DNA of 13,577 nt. It comes from Chlamydiia bacterium. GTDB taxonomy: Bacteria; Chlamydiota; Chlamydiia; Chlamydiales; JBMOFD01. The stretch spans positions 1 to 13,577 of the forward strand of contig JBMOFD010000053.1 in the NCBI GenBank assembly GCA_049314435.1, read 5' to 3'. The position numbers and the translations under genes are program-made. Below are positions 6,561 to 13,577 of the stretch, one piece after another; the first letter of the stretch is position 1, and each line of letters opens with the position of its first letter. The notes beneath the pieces were generated by a model that was not told where the DNA came from, searched no databases, and saw nothing but the letters and a program-made list of their open reading frames with translations.

Positions 6561-9554
6561 ATGGGGCATCGCGATCCACAGCGGCCATTTGCCGGACGAG
6601 TGAACCGCATACTGAACGTCATGCTCATAGGATTTTGTCTTCTGCTCGTGCGCTCATGGCACCTGTCGGTGATCCAGCATGATGCGCGGGTGGCGGAGGC
6701 GGCTCGTCCTAAGCGCAAGTCGGTCTGGGTTCACCCGAAACGAGGCATGATCCTCGATCGGGATGGATTACCTCTGGCTATGAATGGTCCTAACTTTCGT
6801 GTGGGGATTTTATACAGTGCGATACGCGACGTCCCTCGCGTATCGAGCATCGTCCTGGATGGAAAGCGGATGAGGATCCGGAGTCGGAGCCAGTACATCA
6901 CCTCCCTCTCCGAGGCGTTGGCTCAGTGTCTTCCCATCGCGGCGGATCGGATCGAGGATCTGATCCATGCTCGAGCAGCTCTCTTTCCCCATCTTCCCTG
7001 CGTGATCCACGAGCATCTCTCCCCTGAGCAGTATGGTCGTTTGAAGCTTATGGAAAAAGATTGGCTAGGGCTGGTGGTGGAGGCGGTCCCGGAGAGAATC
7101 TACCCAGCTGGTGCGTCAGCCGCTCATGTCGTCGGCTACATGGGACGATTGAGTGCAGAGGAGTTTCACGCATGGCAGAGGCGCCTCAACCTCCTGGAGC
7201 AGGCTGAGGAGGGGCAAGAGAGTGCCCTTGTGCAGCTGGCCGAAGAGGGGATCATGCCCCATCAGGTGTCAGCAGAACGGCTTGCTTTGCGACGGCAGGG
7301 ATATGTGCCGGCTGACTGGTCGGGAAAAGCTGGGGCCGAGCGAAGCTATGAGGGACAACTTAGAGGCTTATGTGGCTTGGAGGTATTTGAAGCGGACACC
7401 TCTGGAAGGCGTTTGAGGGAATTGGCTCCTGAGGTTCCCATGGAACCGGGGTCTGATCTGAGGCTTTCGATCAGCCTCCCTCTACAGGCGTACGCTGAGC
7501 GATTGCTCCGTCAGGCGGAACAGAGGCATTGCCATCCAAGGGCTCCCGCCATCAAGGGAGGTGGCATTGTCGTGATGGACCCTCGCACGGGAGAGGTGCT
7601 GGCCCTAGCGGGCTACCCGAGTTACGACCCCAATCAGTTCATCCGTGGGGGCGAGGAGGTTCTTCCCCTCTTAGAAAATGAGTCCTGGCTCGCCAAGGTC
7701 TGGGATGGTCTTCTGCCCCTCCCGGCGCAGCCGCCTCGGGCGGAGGCCCCCCTCACATGGGACGTCTATCTGGAGACGACATTTGGTCGCGATCATGCGC
7801 TCACAAAGCTCTGCCAACGTCTTACGGTGGGCGAGGCTCTTAAGGCGATGCATGATCTCCCCGCGGATCGCCCGCTAACAGACGAGCAGCTCAACGGGCT
7901 CTGCCAGGGGATGCAGGGCATGCCGCCATCGAGGCCCTTGCGACTCCTGGCCCTGGACCTTCTGCGGGTCGTAGCTGGTGATTTGAAGGAAGCCCCAGCC
8001 GCGTTGGCTGGGCAGAAGCTTCGCGTTCTGCACCAGACCATGCAGGACCTGCAAATCGCTCGAAAGCAGCTGCGAGAGCGGGCAAAGGTCCACTTTGCGG
8101 CGACTGCCTTCAAAAGGTGGCGGACGGAGGAATCTAAGCGCTGGCTGCAGCAGCAACGGAAAGAGGAGCACCGAGCTAAGCGCCCCCATCGTCCCTATCT
8201 CGACCTCCTCGATCAGGAGGAGCATCGGCAGTTTCAGCTTTGGTGGGACGCTGAGGAGTGGACCACCTTACTGGCACTACTCCGAGAAACCTCGGAATCG
8301 CAGCCTCCGTGGCTGCAGGAAGACCCTCACTTGTCGATCGGGGGCAAGATCTCCCCCTCCTCGTGGAAGGCAGCGGTGGTTCGCCTACAGCAGATGGGTC
8401 GTCTTCTCGGAGAGGAGACGCAATCCGTACTTATGGGACTTCGTTCGTTCTATCAGCTCAACGATTCTCTCATTGGGCGCTATCCCTTCCTGCGTGGGCC
8501 TTTGAAGGCACAATCGCTCAAGGAGCTGGCGACTGCGTTCTACCCTCCCTTTGGAGTGGGGTACCTGCGTAGCCAGGCGTACCAGCAAGTAGCTCCTCTG
8601 GGGTCTACCTTCAAGCTTGTGACCGCATTCGAGGCTCTGAGACAGTCTGAAGAACGATGGGGCCGTCCTCGGCCTCAAGAGTGGACGATCGTTGAAGATC
8701 TTGTGTCGCATGGCGCACGCATTGCGGAGGTGGGTCATTTTGCCGATGGCCGCGTCATCCCAAGGATCTATCAGGGTGGGCGTCTCCCTCTCACTGTCTA
8801 TCGTCATTTTGGAACGATGGACTTTCTGTCTGCTGTAGAACGGTCTAGTAATCCCTATTTTGCCCTTCTCACCGTGGAAGCGATGAGGCGCCCAACCGAT
8901 CTACTGGAAGCAGCGCGTCTGTTTGGGCTGGGCCAACGAACAGGTATTCGGCTCTACGGAGAGTCACCCGGTCGTCTCCCGACCGATCTCGAAACCAATC
9001 GCTCAGGGCTCTATGAATTTTCTATGGGTCAGCATGAGTTTCGTGGAACCCCTTTACAGACGGCCTGCTTCGTAAGCGCTCTTGCCAATGGCGGAGACTT
9101 GCTCACCCCCTCGATTCAGTGGGATACTCGGCTAGCTCCTAGGCGACACATCCCCATCTCCTCTGAGGTGCGGCAGTTGATTCTGCAGGGGATGCGCCGA
9201 GTCATCACAGGCAAAACAGGTACAGCGCGGGCAGCTCTCGTTCGTCGAGATCCCATTTCGGCTGAAGCGCACGCGACGTACGAGAGAATGGCGCCCTATA
9301 TGGTGGCTAAAACAGGCACTGCTCAGATCTTGGAGACCCTAACACCTGATCCTGAGCAAGGTGTGCAGATGGTCACGCACGTCTCCTTTGCTACGATCAT
9401 CTATCCCTCAGAAGCAGCAGCCGAGTCGTTCAAGTCTCCAGAGCTCGTGGTCGTGGTCAGCCTGAGGTTTGCTCATGGTGGACGTGAGGCGGCACCTCTA
9501 GCAGCCCAGGTGGCGGAGTACTGGCGATCGCTGAGGGATAAAAAGAAGCAGTAG
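6561..9554 (+). CDS. mrdA: Class B penicillin-binding protein PBP2 (large chlamydial type), 997 aa
   Basis: N-terminal TM anchor, dimerisation motifs RGMILDRDG, RIYPAG, HVVGYMG, GKAGAERSYE, LRLSISLPLQ, IVVMDPRTGEVLALA-GYPSYDPN. Transpeptidase motifs SxxK (STFK, Ser at 8604), SxN (SSN), KTG (AKTGTAQ). Start set to ATG 6561 after GGAGGGA, because the ORF-track start at 6465 overlaps tRNA-Gly. Confidence 0.93.
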   Translation: MGHRDPQRPFAGRVNRILNVMLIGFCLLLVRSWHLSVIQHDARVAEAARPKRKSVWVHPKRGMILDRDGLPLAMNGPNFRVGILYSAIRDVPRVSSIVLDGKRMRIRSRSQYITSLSEALAQCLPIAADRIEDLIHARAALFPHLPCVIHEHLSPEQYGRLKLMEKDWLGLVVEAVPERIYPAGASAAHVVGYMGRLSAEEFHAWQRRLNLLEQAEEGQESALVQLAEEGIMPHQVSAERLALRRQGYVPADWSGKAGAERSYEGQLRGLCGLEVFEADTSGRRLRELAPEVPMEPGSDLRLSISLPLQAYAERLLRQAEQRHCHPRAPAIKGGGIVVMDPRTGEVLALAGYPSYDPNQFIRGGEEVLPLLENESWLAKVWDGLLPLPAQPPRAEAPLTWDVYLETTFGRDHALTKLCQRLTVGEALKAMHDLPADRPLTDEQLNGLCQGMQGMPPSRPLRLLALDLLRVVAGDLKEAPAALAGQKLRVLHQTMQDLQIARKQLRERAKVHFAATAFKRWRTEESKRWLQQQRKEEHRAKRPHRPYLDLLDQEEHRQFQLWWDAEEWTTLLALLRETSESQPPWLQEDPHLSIGGKISPSSWKAAVVRLQQMGRLLGEETQSVLMGLRSFYQLNDSLIGRYPFLRGPLKAQSLKELATAFYPPFGVGYLRSQAYQQVAPLGSTFKLVTAFEALRQSEERWGRPRPQEWTIVEDLVSHGARIAEVGHFADGRVIPRIYQGGRLPLTVYRHFGTMDFLSAVERSSNPYFALLTVEAMRRPTDLLEAARLFGLGQRTGIRLYGESPGRLPTDLETNRSGLYEFSMGQHEFRGTPLQTACFVSALANGGDLLTPSIQWDTRLAPRRHIPISSEVRQLILQGMRRVITGKTGTARAALVRRDPISAEAHATYERMAPYMVAKTGTAQILETLTPDPEQGVQMVTHVSFATIIYPSEAAAESFKSPELVVVVSLRFAHGGREAAPLAAQVAEYWRSLRDKKKQ

Positions 9555-9558
9555 ATCG

Positions 9559-9582
9559 GCCTTCTGGAGGAAGGCACTCTTT
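9559..9582 (+). terminator. Weak hairpin between the convergent PBP2 and GNAT genes
   Basis: GCCTTC-TGGAG-GAAGGC (9559-9575) followed by ACTCTTT. Confidence 0.35.
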
Positions 9583-9592
9583 GCTCCTGCAG

Positions 9593-10159
9593 CTATGGAC
9601 TTGCGTCTTGTCCGATTTTCAGCTCCAGCGTGTATTGAACAGCCGCTACAGGTTTGCCGTTTTTGAGGGCAAAATTTGGGAGTCGGGCGTGAGGCCGGAA
9701 GCCAGCCCTTTGTAACACGCGGTGAGAGGCGACATTTTCTTCGAATACAGTCGACGCGAGGAGCGAGAGCTGGAGCTGCGCAGAAGCATATAGACACATG
9801 CGGCGGACCGCTGTCGTCACAATCCCACGATTCCAGTAGATCGGAGCCAACCAGTAGCCGAGCTCGGGTGGAAGATCCGTTCCAGGAGGTCCCAACACAA
9901 ACCCAATGCCTCCGATCAGTTTGCCATCAGAACGACGGATAGCGAACTTTAGCGGGTGGCCGAGAGACTTTGTCTCTGCATCCACATGAGAAATCCACCA
10001 ATCAGCCGCCTCTTCTGTGTACGGGGAGGGGAGATCACGCATGGTCCTCGTGATCTCCGGCTGATTGAGATACTCGATCAGAGAGGCTCTATCTGAAGGA
10101 CGCTGCTCTGTGAGGGTGAAGCCATTGCCGAGGTCGAAGGAGATGAATTCTTGTCCCAT
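9593..10159 (-). CDS. GNAT N-acetyltransferase, RimJ/RimL-like, 188 aa
   Basis: LPSPYTEEAADWWI, KLIGGIGF, ELGYWLAPIYWNRGIVT (acetyl-CoA-binding motif A), NVASHRVLQRAGF (motif B); 6 nt downstream of the wzc-like gene. Confidence 0.92.
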   Translation of the reverse strand: MGQEFISFDLGNGFTLTEQRPSDRASLIEYLNQPEITRTMRDLPSPYTEEAADWWISHVDAETKSLGHPLKFAIRRSDGKLIGGIGFVLGPPGTDLPPELGYWLAPIYWNRGIVTTAVRRMCLYASAQLQLSLLASTVFEENVASHRVLQRAGFRPHARLPNFALKNGKPVAAVQYTLELKIGQDASP

Positions 10160-10165
10160 GGTGGG

Positions 10166-12067
10166 TCATCCGTTCCAAAGGGCTGTAGGCAGAGAAGGCC
10201 GATCTACCTGCTCCAAGGTCTCCGATGTGCCAGCAACCACAATACGAGCGTCTACATGATCGGCAAGGAGCTGGCTCATGGCGGAAGAGGCCGGGTGAGT
10301 GGTCCATAGGATCACCAGGTCGGCGTCCACGTGTTCATGTTCGATGAACTTGGTCCAATCGACCATGAAGGCAGCCTCTGGATGGCGAGCGGGAGAGAGC
10401 GTCCAATGAGCCAAGGGACTCTTCTCTTCCATGATCGAAGCAAGTCGGCGCTCGAGGCGTTCAGAGAGAGAGCTTCTAGGATCGCATTCCACGCAGCTCG
10501 CGACGAGGCCCAGTTCTTCCGCCGCATGGACTAGGTTGAGGATCCATGCTGGATCCTCAAGGCCTGCAATCAGTACGGTTTTTGCCTGTGCACGACGTAA
10601 AAAGGCGAGAGCTACGTAGGGAGACGGGCGCTCGCTGCTCTTATCGAGGCTAAGAGAAAACCATCCCAGCTGCCTCACCTGATTCGCTGTGATGGGAGTT
10701 CCCTTGCATAGCTGATTAGCAAGGCTCATCCACGCCGCCAGCAGAAACCCAACCAGAGCTCCCAAAAGAAGAGAGGGAACAAGAAGGGGATGAACGGGTC
10801 GCAGGGGTACTGACCCGAGGTCCAGAGGGCGTGAACGAGGTGCCTGCAAGGCTAATGAGGTTTCAAGCGACTCGCGTCCTTCGGCAAGGGCCTTCAAGGC
10901 AGATCCTTGCAGGCTTCCCATCACCTTAAAATGCGCATCCTCTGCCCATGCGCCAGGCAGGCCTGAGGAGTCCTCACGGAGCTTCCTGAGCCGTTCCCGA
11001 ATGCCCTCGAGCTCACGATCCACCACCCGTCGTCGTGCTAGCAGTGTGGCGTTGTCCACGGTAGCCAGCCGCTGCTGCTCCAGCTCAAGGAGCGTCTCTT
11101 GCAGTCGTAGCTCCTGCTGAGAGGCGTGAGGTCCCATCCATTGAGCAACACAACTCTCCAGCCCCTGTGTCAGGCAGCGCTCTTCTGCAAAGCGCTTGTA
11201 TTGATCAAGCTGGCGATTGGCCTCCTCTGTGAGCTCAGTCTGGCGAGACCCCAAGCGGGCCAAAGATCGATCGAGGAGCTCCTCCGCTTCCTGATTGAGG
11301 AGCCGTTGATAGCCCCCCATCACATGGTTTAAGAAGAGCCGAGCGATCTCCGGATCTGACCAGCGGAAGTCGATATAGATCAGCTGGCGATCCTGCGGAT
11401 CAGCCTGCAGGGAGAGGGCCTCTTCGGCACGAGCAGCCACAGCAGCGATCGGTAGGAGTCGAAGACGGTGGTGCGTGCCGGGGGACAGATCTTCGGCATG
11501 AGAGAGAGACCAAGAGAAGATGGGGCAGGAGAAGGGCACGTCCCACGTTCCTTCTCCTAGCAGGACTCCGTCATGCCAAACGGCATATCCTTCAGGGCCG
11601 TTGCAGAGGAGGTCGAGCGTGAGAGCGCAACGGCCCTTATAGTGCACATTGGCGCCCCATAAAGTTCGAGGACGTGGCTCAAAGGACCATGTCGGCGTTT
11701 GATCGAGGTAGTGGATCTCGGTCAACACCTTGTCAACGAGCGTTCTCCACCAGCGAACTGGCAACCTGGGATACTCGATCAGCTGCATGCCGAGAGCCTC
11801 GATAGCGGGCTCGGTCAGGCGACGACAGGCCATCTCTTGGGGCACCTGGGGCGGAGCCATCCCAGATAGAGGGCCCATGGCCATGCTGGCCTGAGAGGCG
11901 AAAGAGACTGATTTGAGTTCTCGGAATGTGCCTTCGCTGCGCCAGGAGCAGGGTATTGCACTTTGAATGCCCAAGACGACCAGAGTGCCAGCACAGGTCG
12001 CCTGAAGGAGTCTTCTCCTTCTTCGCTGGAGGAGGGCCAAAACATCGGCAAAGGCGATCGCAGCCAT
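10166..12067 (-). CDS. Wzc/GumC-like polysaccharide co-polymerase with a degenerate C-terminal kinase domain, 633 aa
   Basis: N-terminal IAFADVLALLQRRRR + TM + WRSEGTF, large periplasmic region with DPEIARLFLNHVM and coiled coils, second TM PLLVPSLLLGALVGFLLAAW, then a P-loop-like remnant. ATG 12067 overlaps the wza stop (TGATG). Confidence 0.75.
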   Translation of the reverse strand: MAAIAFADVLALLQRRRRRLLQATCAGTLVVLGIQSAIPCSWRSEGTFRELKSVSFASQASMAMGPLSGMAPPQVPQEMACRRLTEPAIEALGMQLIEYPRLPVRWWRTLVDKVLTEIHYLDQTPTWSFEPRPRTLWGANVHYKGRCALTLDLLCNGPEGYAVWHDGVLLGEGTWDVPFSCPIFSWSLSHAEDLSPGTHHRLRLLPIAAVAARAEEALSLQADPQDRQLIYIDFRWSDPEIARLFLNHVMGGYQRLLNQEAEELLDRSLARLGSRQTELTEEANRQLDQYKRFAEERCLTQGLESCVAQWMGPHASQQELRLQETLLELEQQRLATVDNATLLARRRVVDRELEGIRERLRKLREDSSGLPGAWAEDAHFKVMGSLQGSALKALAEGRESLETSLALQAPRSRPLDLGSVPLRPVHPLLVPSLLLGALVGFLLAAWMSLANQLCKGTPITANQVRQLGWFSLSLDKSSERPSPYVALAFLRRAQAKTVLIAGLEDPAWILNLVHAAEELGLVASCVECDPRSSLSERLERRLASIMEEKSPLAHWTLSPARHPEAAFMVDWTKFIEHEHVDADLVILWTTHPASSAMSQLLADHVDARIVVAGTSETLEQVDRPSLPTALWNG

Positions 12068-13104
12068 CAGAGTCCTACGAAGGCGCCACCACGAGAGGCT
12101 TCGCCGATGATGAAGAAGCTGGGCAGGAGTTGGTTGATGAAACGACTCCACTCTGTGATCGGAGTCGCAGCCACATAGACCACATCCCCAGGCATCAAAA
12201 GAAGGCTGTCATTCGGTAGATGGATGACATGGAGCCAGTTGAGCGTGTAAATGCGAGGCTTGAGGACGTTTCCACGGATCACCTGAATGAAGCGACGATC
12301 CCCTGTGAAGGGGATACCTCCGGCTTCCGCCAGGGCTTCTCTCAAGTTGATGTAGGGCTTCGTCATGGACACGGCTTTCTGGTGAGCTACCTCGCCCATC
12401 ACCATGACGCGTGATTCAGCCGGGTCGGCAATGAAAATCTTGTCGCCCCCACGCAACACGATATTCTGGCTGAGATCCCCCTCAATCAGGAGCTTGTGTA
12501 GATCCACAGGAAGAGGCCGCCCCTCTCGGAGCACATAACTGGCATAGAAGTTAGCTCGGTGAACCACCTTTGCCGTGGCAAGGACATCATACAACCTGGT
12601 ATGGCCATACACGGGCAAGGAGCTCGCCTGCACCAAGCCGATGAATTCCACACGGGTTTGACCGCGATCTCGGAAGTTCAGAAAGACCTGCACGGCGCCT
12701 ATCTGATCGAGGTACTCCTTCTCGAGCTTCTTCTGGGCCTCTTCTAGTGTGAGATCTCCCACAGAGATCACGCCGAGATCGGGCACAACGATCTGACCCT
12801 GATCCACGGTGCAGTCCAGTGTCGTATTCAGCGGAGGATGTAGAGAGGCGTGTGAACCTAATCCTGCCTGGTAGAGTCGAATGGAGAGGAGGTCTCCATC
12901 GCGGAGACGGTCTTCATACGGCTCCAGCAGCTCTGGATCCAGAGCAAGAAGAGGAGTTCCCGCCATTTCAAGGATCGCATTCTTACCTTCTCGGATCCGA
13001 TAGGAGTCGAGAACGAACTCGTCCGGGCCCAACACATCATACCCTCGATAGGGAGAGTTGCAGCCACACAAACAGAGAGAGACCAATAGAAACAGGAGAC
13101 GCAT
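12067..13104 (-). CDS. wza: Wza-like outer-membrane polysaccharide export lipoprotein, 345 aa
   Basis: Signal peptide with lipobox LCGC; Poly_export segment LRDGDLLSI...VDQGQIVVPDLGVISVGDLT; SLBB repeats (VMVMGEV, LREALAEAGGI, LMPGDVVYV); C-terminal amphipathic helix PITEWSRFINQLLPS. Confidence 0.9.
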   Translation of the reverse strand: MRLLFLLVSLCLCGCNSPYRGYDVLGPDEFVLDSYRIREGKNAILEMAGTPLLALDPELLEPYEDRLRDGDLLSIRLYQAGLGSHASLHPPLNTTLDCTVDQGQIVVPDLGVISVGDLTLEEAQKKLEKEYLDQIGAVQVFLNFRDRGQTRVEFIGLVQASSLPVYGHTRLYDVLATAKVVHRANFYASYVLREGRPLPVDLHKLLIEGDLSQNIVLRGGDKIFIADPAESRVMVMGEVAHQKAVSMTKPYINLREALAEAGGIPFTGDRRFIQVIRGNVLKPRIYTLNWLHVIHLPNDSLLLMPGDVVYVAATPITEWSRFINQLLPSFFIIGEASRGGAFVGL

Positions 13105-13140
13105 GGGCCCATGTTGCGTCAGCCTGGTATTTTCAGGACA

Positions 13141-13524
13141 TCAGGACTGAGGATAGAACTGAGTCAGGAAGGCCATCATCTCTGTTGCGTCCTTGGATAC
13201 ATAGAATCGGACCATCTTTTCGTTGAAGGCTTTGGCCTCAGCAGCTGGGATGCTGATCGCATGAAGGCTGTTGGAAAGCAGAATCCCATTCATCATCAAG
13301 CGTGCCGTGCGCCTATTCCCATCGAAAAAGAATTGCTGCAAAGCTCCAAAAAGAAAGCAGCCCAGGGCCCTTTCAAAAGGGTTGGAAATCTGCTGAAGGG
13401 CGACAATGCCTTGATCGAACACTCGATTGAGTTCAGGCGCGCCCCTCACTGTGGGGAGCGGATGATAGCGTTCGTCTTTGCCCAGGGCTACCGTGGGAGA
13501 ATAACTGTCGATTTTCCCCTCGCC
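13141..13524 (-). pseudogene. 5'-truncated Fic-domain gene (C-terminal half only)
   Basis: Fic motif variant QQFFFDGNRRTARLMMNGILL. The frame stays open upstream of GTG 13449 (GEGKIDSYSPTVALGKDERYHPLPT) but reaches TAG at 13560-13558 with no ATG; the open frame is only about 138 codons. Confidence 0.7.
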
Positions 13525-13530
13525 GCTCTT

Positions 13531-13577
13531 CCAAACCTCATCAAAGTTAGGCGCAACCTAACATTGTTAAGAATTGG
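13531..13577. repeat. Imperfect palindrome, 21-nt arms and 5-nt loop
   Basis: CCAAACCTCATCAAAGTTAGG (13531-13551) vs the reverse complement of 13557-13577, CCAATTCTTAACAATGTTAGG: 16/21 identical. Confidence 0.65.

Noticed and set aside
12068..12151. Longer start for the wzc-like gene
   Set aside because: Overlaps the wza C-terminal helix coding region; the TGATG-coupled ATG at 12067 fits the family N-terminus.
13546..13562. GTTAGGC...ACCTAAC resembling integron attC core sites
   Set aside because: The order is reversed relative to attC (RYYYAAC...GTTRRRY) and the spacing is only 3 nt; treated as part of the palindrome instead.
1..13577. CRISPR array, transposase, integrase or tRNA-anchored island
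   Set aside because: No regularly spaced direct repeats, no recombinase ORF, and no duplicated tRNA 3' ends seen.

Overview
Core-genome window from a member of the phylum Chlamydiota (Chlamydiae), apparently unusually GC-rich (roughly 55-58% by eye, not computed). The assignment rests on the chlamydial-type S2, EF-Ts and ~1000-aa PBP2 sequences and on the pbp2 / tRNA-Gly / rpsB-tsf...frr / tRNA-Glu-tRNA-Lys gene order. Left to right: intrinsic terminator, EamA/DMT transporter (+), tRNA-Lys and tRNA-Glu (-), HIT protein (-), frr (-), a 635-aa Hanks-type protein-kinase-like gene (-), tsf and rpsB (-), tRNA-Gly (-), PBP2 (+), then a convergent minus-strand block of GNAT acetyltransferase, Wzc-like co-polymerase and Wza-like export lipoprotein, preceded by a 5'-truncated Fic gene and an imperfect palindrome at the window end. 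Three observations stand out. (1) pyrH (UMP kinase) is missing from its conserved slot between tsf and frr; the slot holds a divergent, insertion-rich eukaryote-like kinase gene, separated from tsf by a strong terminator. (2) The wza-wzc module has no wzb, and its Wzc kinase domain has lost Walker A, Walker B and the Tyr cluster. (3) The Fic gene is cut off next to a 21-bp-arm palindrome.
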